Source of the DNA: Nemertoderma westbladi
Lineage: Eukaryota > Animalia > Xenacoelomorpha
DNA length: 50,401 bases
Direction of reading: 5' to 3'
NCBI GenBank assembly: GCA_032718475.1
Contig: JAUCBJ010003076.1
Coordinates: forward strand, 1-50,401
Part shown: positions 24,584 to 36,819 of the stretch, in pieces
Layout: the number at the start of each line of letters is the position of its first letter
Position numbering within the stretch: position 1 is the stretch's first letter
Notes under the pieces: generated by a model
What the model saw: only the letters and a program-made list of their open reading frames with translations
The model's database searches: none
Told to the model about the DNA's origin: nothing
Program-made: the position numbers and the translations under genes

Positions 24584-24665
24584 TGCAAATGTGAGGAAAT
24601 AAACAAAGATGAAGAAGGAAAAGAAGACAGACAAAAGGAAATGTGCGCTTTGGAAGATAAAAAAC
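24584..24665 (+). CDS. Candidate host gene exon 3 (CKCEEINKDEEGKEDRQKEMCALEDKK)
   Basis: TTTTAG acceptor, GTAAAT donor, phase 0 start compatible with exon 12622-12796 and phase 1 end compatible with exon 33796. Confidence 0.45.
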
Positions 24666-25007
24666 GTAAATAACTAAATAACTACATTATTTATAGTTAA
24701 AAAATTAGTCAAATGGCAATTAGGCCAGTTACTGCAAAAAATGTATCTCAAGTGAGTGAAAATATCAGGGTTAGTTAGTGGATGAGTGGATAATCCGGGT
24801 GGGTCCTCCATTAATTGGATGCATACTGGAGTCCCTGGTATTATCACATAGGCCTACACTTAATATGGTAAAGTTAACTGATCCATGCAGGTTGTTTCAC
24901 TGACAACTGATCCTATGGTGTAGTAGACAGTAGACTTCTGCCAAGTATACAGATAAAAATCATTATTAATAACAAAATTGCTGTGTTGAAACGTAGTAGT
25001 CCATAGA

Positions 25008-28000
25008 TGTTAATAGGATTACTATTTGGCAAAATATAAGTTTGTTTATAATCAGATAACTTATATATTAGGCTCCATGCACAGACTATAAAGTACCGGT
25101 ATAAAATATATGTTCAGTTTACTACCAACACCAAGTACCAGTTAAATCTATGTATCAGTTAGTCCGGTAGCCTACTAGGCCTTAGGCCTAATCTAACAAT
25201 CTCACTTTCTTTATATTTGTAAAAAAAAAACTTTTGATCCTTCATCGTTGCAAGTACTAAGTTATTTAATATTTGTGGTCCTTGGCAATATTTAACATAG
25301 TGTTGTTTAGTTTATCGAAATATATTTTTCCATTCAAAATACCAATAAGTTTAGCAGCCTTGTTTAGTTAAATAATCTGCAAGTTGATTGTATGTTGGAA
25401 CCCACGTTAATCCATCGACGTCTCCTTTATCCACCATTTCCTTGAGTACAGCAATCTCGAGTTGAAGTCGTTTCTCAATAACCGACTTTGAAGAGTCAAT
25501 AGCATCTACCAATGATTGGTTATCAGTTAGGACATATATTGGTGTATGTTTAGTATTTATAATGTCTGATACAGTGCAAGACAAAGCATATGCATCCTCA
25601 CAGGCTGCAGAACATGCAAGAGCTTCCGCTGCCAATGTACTCTTCACTACTCGTCGTATACGATGGCTCTTCCAGCTAATTGGAGCACAATGACCATCCC
25701 CACCAACTAGAAATGCTATATAGCCAGCCTGAGAACCTGAATCAGGAAGATTTCCGAAACTGGCATCAGTATATATGACAATGTATGATTTAGATAAATT
25801 ACCAATCTAAGGATAACATAAAATATATTCTGTATTCTTTAATTTCACTAATGTCTTATTAGCATAATACAAGTCTTTCACAGTTCCTTTCCAGGCATCG
25901 GCTAAGTAACAAGATTCAAAGAAGCAATCAGGTCGAGATTGGCTAACTATCCAGTTGAGTTTCCCACAAAAACTCCGAAGGTCAGTAATTTCCTCCTGTG
26001 TTAAAGCACTATCTTTATGACGCTTAGAATCAACGTTCACTCCTTTGGTATTACGTATATAGTCATTTAAGTCAAGTGATATGACATTATTACTTTGCTT
26101 TAGATTTAAACCAACATATTTCAACATAGTATTTTCCGCAGTACTTATAAGGAACTCTTTGCCCAATTTCGTGATTATTTGTTGAACAAATATGTCAGTA
26201 CCTCCCCATAGGATGTCGTCAACATGACAGCAGATAATACCTTGAAGAAGTTCTTGATAATGATAAAATATTATTGTAGGGTTATATTTAGACTTTACCA
26301 TACCAACAGACTTTAAGGTTTGTTCTGTTTAAGTACCACTGTCTACCAGCCTCACTTAAACCATATACGCATTTATTCAACCTCCATAGCTTGTTGGTAA
26401 GTGCCTCTTTTGGAGGCTTTATAAATAAATCTCTGTCAACATCAAGCCCTTGCAGGAATGCCCTCTTTATATCAATTGTGTTCAACCTCCATTTATTAGA
26501 TGCAATAATGACAAGACCAATTCTAATGGAGTCCTTACCACAGGTTGGGGAATCTGAACGCATTGAATAAAAAAGATCATAACCTCTGGCACACAATCTT
26601 GCCTTAAGACGTAATATTCCACCTTTAATTCGTTTATCAAAATTCCAAGCCATTGTAATTAAAGGTTAGGTTGCTCAACATTTTCAATTTCAGTATAGGT
26701 GTTCATATCCTTCCATTTTTGCAGTTCTTCAGTTATAGCCTGTTTTACCCTCACAGGTTCAAATGAATCTCAAATGAAATATAAACAATATTGCAGGACT
26801 TATCTTCATCTTCTGTTCCATTGTCAAAATTCCACTGTTGGATGTCGTCCTTGAAACATTTGGGATCACCAGATATTTTATCTTTTATATTGTAGCAATG
26901 CCAATATTTTCCTCAAGCCTTTCCAGCTCTCCCTATAACTTTTCTTGTTTTCCAGTCAGAACTACCCATTGGCTGATATTTTATATTATCATTTGTCTTA
27001 GGCATTTCCAGCATACCATCCTGGGTACTTGGCTTTATAGTAGTTTGATTATTGGCAGTTGTGATATCATGTGGAGTGGAATTATTTGGTTGTTTCTTCC
27101 CATCCGTTTCATCGTCTCCATCACTTGGTGTGTTCTTGACATCACTTGGTTGTCATTCTTTGGATCTATAGACCTTTCCTTAAGTTCTAGCGGAATCGAT
27201 GACAATGTCATCGATTGGCAAGGGTGAACTCTATAATAAAGTCCACCAAGCTTGACTAGGAATTGTTGACCATCAGATCCAAGAGTACTTGCTGGACCTT
27301 TCCAAGCAGAGGAATTATTTCGTTTATAATAAACATTATCACCATTCAGGAAAATAGTATCGCTGTAGGACCGTACTTGTATATTTTAATGCTCTATGTA
27401 GTTTTTCTGAACTTTCTTGTTGAATGTAGGCATTATGCGCACTGTGGAGGGCTTTAATATTCGCACATATAAGGTCAATTATATCAAGTCCACTAAGAGC
27501 TGGTGGTTTAATTACCATATTGGAAAGGATTATGGATTACAGCCAAATACCAAGGAAATAGTGGTATAACCATAAACATTCTGTAAGCTGTTTTTGGCAG
27601 CAACAGCCCAATGTACTCCGATTTCGAGTTTACATGGTGTAAGAACTATGATTTGGTACTAAGTATACCATTATGTCTCTCTACTAAACCATTCGACCAT
27701 GGACTCTCTGCAGCTGTAGTTTTAATTAATATATTAAATTGTTTACTTAACTCAATTAGCTCATGGTTAATGAACTCTCCTCCATTGTCAGAAAGGAATT
27801 TCTTGGGGTCCCCAAAAATTCGTATCCAATATTCCATTAGTTTTTCAACTACAACTTCTTTCTTTTTGCTTCTAATAACAGCAGCTGATCCATAACATGT
27901 AACATGGTCTGTCTACCATATGTAAGAAATATACCCAAGGGCGGAATTCCTTCAAATCGAGGCCAACCAATTCATTCAATTGCGTAGCTGTTGGTAATCC

Positions 28001-29821
28001 AACCACAGGGCGAGGTGATGGTTTCTTACAAATCCAACATATTTTGCATTCTTTGCTTATTTCATCTACAATAGACAACATCTCTGGGTTTTTACACTCA
28101 GCAATCTTTATCAAGTTCTTCAATGCATCTGCATGTGGATGAGCAAATTGTCTATGAAGTTTATAACTGCATTATTCAGATCAGATCCCTCCAACTCATC
28201 AAGTGGAGCAGCGAATAAACACCGTCTAGTATCGGAATTACTAGGATTCATAGATCTAGAAAGGGTCAAACAATAATGGCCAGTTTTTGTAACCATAACC
28301 TTTTGTGGTTCTCCGAACATTATTACAGTATCATTTTTAAAATTGATAACTGCTTTCGCTTTCTTTAGACTGGGCTGTGAGAAGAGTAATGGGATTTCAC
28401 AATCAACCACATCTGTTGCTAGAAAAATTTTTCTTGAACCAATATATATTGGAATTTCTAATTTACATAAGGAAACATCCCGATTTCCATCTCCAAATTT
28501 AAATACAGTTGAGCTCGGAGTTTTTTTTAACCAATCTTTGATCAGATCCATTCAGACTGTCTATATAAATCGCTACCCAACTCTTTCCACATACTGTCGC
28601 CGTAAAACCACTATCAATAATGGCGCAACCAATGGTTTCTCCAAATAACCCGGTATAATATCTTTATCTGTAAATAGTGTAATTTTACAATCCTCCTGTT
28701 GTGGAAGTTCTGGACAGTTGGCTGCCCAGTTGTATATAGAATGGCAAACGGAGCAACCACTGGGTTTTCCATCATAATCCAAAGGATTAATTTTACTTGT
28801 ACTTCCTGTTCTACCATAATATCATCTTAAATTTGCTACTCGAACTGGTTGTTGTTTGGGGAATCGTTGTTTAAAGCTTCGATAATAATTACCACTTCGT
28901 CTTGGCCCTCTATATCCACCATGGAATGGGCCACGGTAGGTATAACAAACATCTTCTTCATGGGGATTTGTTTCATTCCACTGATAACCGTCATTATAGT
29001 CTTGATAATATTATTCCTCGAATATAGGCTCCATTGTGTGAACAGCTGGAAATGTTGGATTAACCATAATATTCATAGTATCACTGTTATTTGATTCTCC
29101 GGATATTCGGGAGTCACCATGTAGGTAATTTGTAACTTCATATCCTTGTAAGTAAACTCGACTGACGCTCGTGCAAGGTGGGAATCTGTTTCCAATAATC
29201 TCGCACATTCAATAAGTTGGTAGGCGCGAAATTCTTTGGGAAAATTTAGGTTATACATTTTACATTTATTATAAAGTTGTTCAAAGTCTATAGGATAATC
29301 AACCATTGACATGTCAGCTGGGCGCCGGAACTTTACAAATGAGTTTATTGCCTGGAAGATCACTAACGGACGACTTAGTTCATATAACGAATCGGGTTTA
29401 TGGATGACCAAATCAAGCCCTCCAGCAGAATTTAATTGGGCGAGTTCTAGTTCAAAAGCTGGATCTCTAGCCTTACCACTGAGGCTTAGAGTCAATGCAG
29501 TTCCTTGTTTATCAGCCCTAATATCCGTAAAGTGTTTCCAAGCACTTCTTCCAAATTTCGTATGAAACGCCATCTTGTAATTGGGGAAGAGCCTTGTATG
29601 AAGAAGTAGATCGATTGGAAGCTGTTGAAGAGGACATCGTTAATATGATTAGTATTTGGCAAAATATAAGTTTGTTTATAATCAGATAACTTCTATATTA
29701 GGCTCCATGCCCAAACTATCCAGTACCAGTATATAATATATGTTCAGTTTACTACCAACACCAAGTACCAGTTAAATCTATGTATCAGTTAGTCCGGTAG
29801 CCTAGTAGGCCTAATCTAACA
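25008..29821 (-). mobile_element. Copia LTR retrotransposon, GalEa-like, degraded
   Basis: LTRs 25008-25198 and 29638-29821; gag (KQGTALTLSLSGKAR, CSVCHSIYNWAANC), protease region FKFGDG, integrase FLSDNGGEF / SPWSNGLVER, RT KARLCARG / CHVDD, RNase H KSTLAAE / TDNQSL / LADYLTK; integrase precedes RT; PPT AAGAAAGTGAGAT. Confidence 0.9.
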
Positions 29822-30499
29822 TAAGTATCCTGACTGACTGATATATACATTGTGAAGAGTACTGGTAATCTTCACTGCACATAGACAGCTAGTGTCCTGG
29901 CAGCTAGTGCTACATATCAAACCGTGCTAAGCACGGTTTAGACTAGCGGCAGGCAGAGGAACTGTAAAAGACAGTCTGTATGTAGAATTTATAATTAAGA
30001 AATGCTCGTAGGTTACTATTACCAAATGTCAGATGAATATTGATTCTTGTTGATGATGATGATTCTACAATAATCAGCCTCTCAGCCAAACAGCCATTTT
30101 TACTTTCTGTGAATTCGCCCCCTGGCAATAACGGACATAGGAACTATAGAAGTCTGTCTGTGTGTGGAATTTCTAAATTTGTGATAGACTGCATGTGTAC
30201 CAGGTTTGGTTCCAATTCATCCATGATTAACCGACTTATTAGCGTTCCAACTAATAATAGCTGCAGGAACTCGAGCAGAGCTCCAGTGATAACAACAATG
30301 CTAAGTCCATGGCCAAATACTGTACGTATACAGCAACTTCCCTTTTCAAAACTTTGCAAAATATACGTCTCCATAAGAAAAACCCATCACCGTTACAAAT
30401 AATACAGTTATATAGGTTATTGCATATTTTTTCCTTAAACTTTCTGAAAAAAATCTGAAAGTATAAAATGATAATAACAGTTGTTATTCTATCGAATGT

Positions 30500-30820
30500 T
30501 ACATGTTTCTTTCTGTTACGTAGTTTATAAGGTTTGCTTATAAATGATTCATCGTGTTGGCATGGCTTTTGTAGACCGTTTTTATTGGGTGCATTTGTGT
30601 AGTCGTTAGTTTAATCGTTATCAAGAGTGGTATAGTTCTGCTGTAAAAACCATCGGTTCCACCAATATGTTCTTCCAGAGGTAAGTTTCAATATGTAATC
30701 TCTATGTAACTGCTACAATTTCCCCTGTCTTGACCAACCGTTTGTTCGATGGATCGTAAATCCACACTTTATCGCCTATCCGGAATTGTGTTTAGTCATG
30801 TGCTATGCTGTAGAGTTATA
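30500..30820 (-). mobile_element. Gypsy-type integrase C-terminal fragment
   Basis: Minus-strand translation FRIGDKVWIYDPSNKRLVKTGEIV resembles the tail of Gypsy integrases. Confidence 0.45.
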
Positions 30821-31318
30821 ATGCGATGTATTATATGAATACTTTGCAATATTTTTTTATTCACTTTCATCGGATAGAGGCTGCCATTTTTTTAAGAATG
30901 CACACTGATGGACAGGTATTCGAGATTATAACCAAATAATATTTGTTAGGGGACTTTCCATTAGCCTTCAAATATATTCATTCAAATATATTTAATCTGA
31001 CCAAGGTTTATTTTAGGTTTATTTTTTATATAAAGAGGATAATCAAATATTACTAGAAACGCAAATGCAAGCGTTGTGGTACCGTTGTGGCGTTGATGAA
31101 GAATCTGAAATTGGTATGATTTTTTTGTAAATGTTCAGTTTATTTACCGTCGATTGGATCAACATTTCGGAGAGCTGGAGTAGAATTATAACCCGACATC
31201 GCGACACCTTTATTAGTGTGTATGTGTGTGGATGTGGATATGTTTGTGATTCCACTATAGCACTTCAGGACTCCAGCCTATTCGAACATCTCGCAGTATA
31301 TAAATAAACGTGCGTGTA

Positions 31319-31469
31319 GCTGCTTACTCGAGAACGGGTAACCCGAGTACTTGACTCGCGCAGCACGAGCGGCTGCTTACTCGAGAACGGGTAACCCGAG
31401 TACTTGACTCGCGCAGCACGAGCGGCTGCTTACTCGAGAACGGGTAACCCGAGTACTTGACTCGTGCAG
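31319..31469. repeat. 53-bp tandem repeat (~2.8 copies)
   Basis: GCTGCTTACTCGAGAACGGGTAACCCGAGTACTTGACTCGCGCAGCACGAGCG at 31319, 31372 and 31425. Confidence 0.9.
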
Positions 31470-32115
31470 TATTCCCCACGAAAATTTTCAAAATATTGAA
31501 ACTTTTCCTCTAGTAGGTTCATCCAAATTAGGTTAAAATTGAGTAAAGGCTTCAAAACGATTGAATTTTCTATTACAGACAGACGGACAGACAAAAAAAT
31601 AAAACATGATATTAGGCCCTAATACTAATTGAAATTGTGCACTAGTAGCTTCACTAACTAATTGTTTCTCGTTCCACAGTATATTAATTTAATACAACGT
31701 ACGATGTTTCCCATAGTTCCATCTAACTTTTGTTATTGGGTTATTTAATATGCATGACCATTCAGTTTGACAAAACTTTAACTTTTGTTACATTATGTCA
31801 ACTTAACAGCTTATTCGTAACGCTGCAAAGTACAGTGAAATTTAGAATACACAACACATGTCAGTTGAGTTGAATGACTTGGTAAGACCGTCAATAGCCC
31901 CATAACACGAAAATTGCCATAGACTCAATGATAGAAATACCAGCTGGTGCGGATACGCCCAAACTACAGAGAAGTATTTTACTTGCCAAGTTTTAGTAAG
32001 GTTCTGTTTACTCACTCACACTATCACAAACAGTAATCAAACATCAACTGTTTATAATATATTACCCGGTCAGCTGAATATCTCTTCCCAGTGAATTCTA
32101 TAGGAATATGTGGAA

Positions 32116-32290
32116 TATTGGTGAAGTGACTCATAGGGTGGGCAAAAGTCTCATTGGGGAAGTGTCTCTATTGGGCCTCTGACAGTTAACCTTTAGGGTG
32201 TACCATTAAAGACAAGGACTCCAATCGAGAGTTTGGTTAACTGTGAGATGCCCAACAGGGACACTTCCCCAATGAGTCACTTCACCAATA
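32116..32290. mobile_element. Small MITE
   Basis: 19-bp TIR TATTGGTGAAGTGACTCAT / ATGAGTCACTTCACCAATA plus internal inverted TCATTGGGGAAGTGTC. Confidence 0.7.
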
Positions 32291-32654
32291 ACTAGATCTG
32301 GTATGGTCACTGGTCACATGTTACAGTGGCGGTTTTTTCTAACAAAACAATAAACTATAAATTATTTCACTTGCGGTCAATTTTAGCTGAGGATCACTAT
32401 TTTCACTTCCGCGCTTAATGTGCGCCACTGTCTGATTACATGAAGTAGTTGGCCTAGCAACAGTCAAAATGAAGTGAATGGAAATTATGGTCTCAAAAAA
32501 CTTATTGGGCATGACTTATTCTGTAAGTCGAGTATTGGGCAAGTGACATATTGGTAAAGTGACCTACTTTTGGTTAAAAATTAAATATATTGGGCAAGTG
32601 ACATAAAAAATTTTTGTAATTGGCAAGTGACCTATTGGGCAAGCGTCTGCATCC

Positions 32655-33631
32655 CATCCTAAAAAGGCAAACGAGCTGAAACTACTTGAAACGAGCTGAA
32701 ACGACCCGAAACGAGCTGAAACGAGTTGAAACGCGCTGTAAAACAATAATATAAGATTATCTTAGGATCTTAGATCTGGGTGTGAACCAGGGGTGCAAAC
32801 TTAATAGATCCTAGATGTGAACTCAGATCATAGACATGAACTTATATCCTGGTTGCGATTGTAAAGGTGCGACCTTAACTATGAACGTAGATCCTAGGTG
32901 CAAACTTAGATCCTAGATGTGAACTTAGATCCTGCGGATATTGGTCGGTATGGGTCGGTATAACTCTGCATTATTCATATATATACTCGATGTATGTCGA
33001 TATGGCTCTGCATTTCATCCATTTGTCGTGCCAAATATTACAGTATCTCTCTTTTTTTCTCTTTTTTTTTTTCAAAGCTAAAATTCGATTAATTCATTGG
33101 CTACCTATGCAAAAAATTTACTTACGCGAAACGGCTTTCCATTGCCTGTAGCATATTCATAGGCTACGCCATTGGCTACATCTACGCGGAAAAGTCAAAC
33201 CCCATTATGCCTAAGTACAGAAGTAGGCCAGTCCGTCTCAACCAGTGCGCGGTACCCTAGTATGGAAATCTAGCTTGTAGTCTTGTCTAGATGGTTCAGT
33301 AGTTGACCTAACAAAAGCATACTGGTGGTAGCAAGCAATCCAGTATTGAACTAGGCAGGCATAGAAAAATAGATGGCCTTCCAGCATACAATAATAACGA
33401 AATATAAATATTCAATAATGATAATAAAATAATTTTGCATCCAGGTGCATCTATGATCTAAGATCGCACCTTTAGAATGCACCCAACATCTAAGTTTACG
33501 TGGAGGATCTAAGTTCGCACCCCTGGTTCCCAACCGAGATCTAAGTCCCCCCTAGAATCTAATATTATTAGTTTTCACAGCTCGTTTCTGCTCGTTTAAA
33601 CTCGTTCCAGCTCATTTGCCCTTTTAGGATG
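32655..33631. mobile_element. ~980-bp non-autonomous DNA transposon with TIRs
   Basis: CATCCTAAAAAGGCAAACGAGCTG vs CAGCTCATTTGCCCTTTTAGGATG; inverted subterminal AAACGAGCTG and AGATCCTAGGTG-type repeats. Confidence 0.75.
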
Positions 33632-33795
33632 TACCGTGTTTAATGCTAATTGTCATCAAAACAATAATAACACAAACTTGTGTTATTGTTGTAACTGGCG
33701 GTTGGTTGGTTGGCTAGTTGGTTGGTGTTATTGTAGTGATTACAACATTACAATTCTATCCTAAGTGGGTAATTTCACAACATTAATCATTGTAG

Positions 33796-33960
33796 ATGTT
33801 GGTGTTTGGACTGCGTGGTTTCAGGATCCAAGTTTGTGTCCAGAAGAGACTCCTCCAGAACACAGAAGATGGAGGCGATGCGTGAAGGAGAGATGGGGCG
33901 GTGGGTGTGAAGGAAGTGAAGATATGGCTGTCTGCATTTTAGATAAAACCCTTTATTACG
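33796..33960 (+). CDS. Candidate host exon with TSP1-like motif
   Basis: TTGTAG acceptor (phase 1); GVWTAWFQDPSLC...RRWRRC..RWGGGCEG...C matches the WxxW-C-RxRxC-GGxCxG-C pattern. Confidence 0.55.
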
Positions 33961-34385
33961 GTTCGTTAATTGTTCGCGTTATTTTAATTTTGCACCAGGT
34001 ATCCACCAAATTTATAAATCAAAACTAGAAAGCCAGTGGCCATTCGGGCCACGGCGTTCTAATTCACAAGCCTACCCGGATCAGAATTCTTATTAAAATT
34101 GTTAAGTTCGTGTTAAGCAGTTGGATCAACTGCAATGCAAGTACTTACTCAAACTTGATAAGTTTAAAACCAATTATTTTACAGTTTAGCAAGCATTTAT
34201 TTGTCAAGTACTTATTAATTGGCCAGTCATTGTAACTTTTTTTCCTGTTTAGTAAGCATTTGTTAAGTTATTATTAAGTATGACCAAGTCCTATCTAATT
34301 TATTAACCCGCTTTACCAAGCATCTCCCAAGTACTTATTAGGAATTAAGTCCTATTAAGTACTACCTCATTCGTGTTAGTTTGGG

Positions 34386-34562
34386 TGAATTCTTAGCCTG
34401 CGAGTATTCTTAGCCCGCGGGTATACTTAGCCCGTGAGTATCCTTAGCAAAATTAAAGGAGCATGTTAGTAAAGGAGCAGGGTTCAGAGGCGTATTGGGG
34501 GAATCAAAACAGTAAACTTTATTGTTTTGCGGGCTAAGAATACTCGCGGGCTAAGAATTCCT
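34386..34562. mobile_element. Small MITE with inverted subterminal repeats
   Basis: GAATTCTTAGCC(C/T)GCGAGTA repeats on the left, GCGGGCTAAGAATACTCGCGGGCTAAGAATTC inverted on the right. Confidence 0.6.
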
Positions 34563-34706
34563 GAGACCTCGTGTTACTGTCGTGCTATGTGTCGTGTTAC
34601 TTTCTGACTTTATTAACAAATGAAAACATTATTTAGTTACAGAATCGAAACTGTATTTAAATTCAAATATAGCATCGATATTAATGAATACTATTAAACA
34701 GATTTA

Positions 34707-36812
34707 ACTGAAAAGTCCAGTAGTATACCGCTTACCAGATCCTAGTAACGATGTATCTTACCGTAAGATCCAGTAATGTATACGGGCTCGTACAGTATCT
34801 GACAACAAATCCCAGTCCAGGGTATCTAAACAAACAGATACAAATACGCGAACAACTACTGGCGAGGAACAGAGCCTAGTGTCTATTCTACGTACGTGAG
34901 CGGGTCTAATGCCTACGAACTAGACAAAAGGATGCCTGTCCTCTAACCGGTGAGGCAGATGTACAGTTACAGTGACAGACCAAACTCACGGGAAAACAAT
35001 CCCCGCGCAGCGAATCCTAACTATCGCTGACAGACCTAAATGCCGTAACTTGCCGCGGTGTGATTTATATGGCTTATATACGAGCTAGTGGGTTAACAGA
35101 CCTAGCGTAACAATACTGACACCTGTACTTAATCAGTCTAAAGGGGGTCGTGCCTAAAGTAACAATACTGTCGTCAGGAAAAAACAGTCTAATAAGTAAA
35201 TACTCCATTTTTGCCGTAACTAAATATCAGATCCTAAATTTACAAACTACGAATAGTAAATTACAAATAAATACTGCCTAAAAGTAATCTAAAGTGCGCT
35301 ATAACTAGTAGAACTCTAAGGGTACATATGTTTTAGGGCGTGTGTGTGTGGGTGTGTTACAATAAAACAATTTTGGTGTATCCCATTGTACTAGGTTTTA
35401 GTGATTTCTGACCAAAACAATACCGTGCGCTAGCTACGAAAATAAGCTAGTCGCGCTCTGTAGAACTTTATTTATACTTACAAAATGACGTCAAAGCTCT
35501 CTCCTTCCTATCCACAACTCAACCGGGCAATTACGGTGTTAGTAACTACACCCGTGATCAGCACAAATACCAGATTCTGGTTGTAAGATAAGAAATAGGG
35601 GTTAATTGCTACCGTACGTTAGCTGCTCTGGTATACAAATTTGATTCTAGAATTTTGTTGCCGTGGTGGTTAGCAGCAATACCTATCAGTACGTGGCAAG
35701 GCGCGGTAGGATATTAATAAACCTCCCTAGACCAAGCGAAGTGCCGGTAGAAGAAATACTCCTTGCCTGATCAAATAACTCAGGTTCAGACAGGGGGGGG
35801 GGGGGGTACTAAATGTATAATCTACAAAGCAAACCGGTACCGAACTGTCAGTATTGCGAATCACTAAATTATGGAACATATGCTGTCTGTACCTAATATG
35901 TACTCGTGTACTGACGAACGGCAATAGTTCACACCTGTAAGAGATACAGGTTAACCCAGGGATTTGCAATACAGCATCCTGACTGAATCTAGCTATCTGA
36001 TCCTAAATTTTGCGGCATCCCAGGACGGCGTCACGCTTACCCTGATCTATAGGTCTTACTTCAGGCAAGGGCGTCAAACAAAGTCTTACCTTCCTCTGAA
36101 ATCGGGCGCTGCATGGCAAAGTGGAGTATTTCGAAGGGGTGAAGGGGGTGCGCGGTCTAATCTAATGTGGGGGCTAGCGTGTTGTGGACATCTTCCCTGC
36201 GTTGCTGACGGCCTAACGGTCTAGGCGGCCATCCTCCCAATGCTTGGCTGTCCCAATGGTGGACAATTAGAAATATACATGTTCAAAAGTTTACAGTATA
36301 TTTACGTAATTTACAAAGATTTATCAACCTGAACACTAACAAATAATTCAAGGTTAACAAGATAAGTCAAGAGTAGGATAGCTAACAAGTTACAAGATAG
36401 TGTGTTAACAAGTAAGATTAGGTTAGAAGTAAGATTAGGTTAGTGATAACTGAAGGGCAAACCGGCCCTTATATAGAAAATCTGGGACATAGAATCCGCT
36501 AGAACCTTCCAGGGCATTCCATTGCCTCACATTGGAGCAATAAGATGTTCCATGCCCTATGATTGGCCCAACTCATCGTTCCATACGTTGTACGCACCTC
36601 ATTGGTTTATCAAATTAGATCAAATGAAAATAAATTGCCCAAAAATTGCCTTAACCATCTGACCACTGCGCCATTAGAATTACCTACGGGTTTATGTGTA
36701 CCAATATGAATAGGCATATTACATTACTGTAATTTAATCAAAATGTGTCGGATTTTAGAAAGTTTTTACGTTAAACTACAAATGCTACTTTATAGTGAAA
36801 TAATCCATCACG
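34707..36812. repeat. ~2.1 kb direct repeat, copy A
   Basis: Highly similar to 44265-46423; lacks about 60 bp of the tRNA-like segment. Confidence 0.92.
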
Positions 36813-36819
36813 ATCTGAT

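Noticed and set aside
29943-30402. Overlapping short ORFs on both strands
   Set aside because: No recognisable domain or splice structure.
31870-31995. C-type-lectin-like exon (ENCHRLNDRNTSWCG..KYFTCQV, GTAAG donor)
   Set aside because: In-frame stop just upstream, no clear acceptor and weak motif match.
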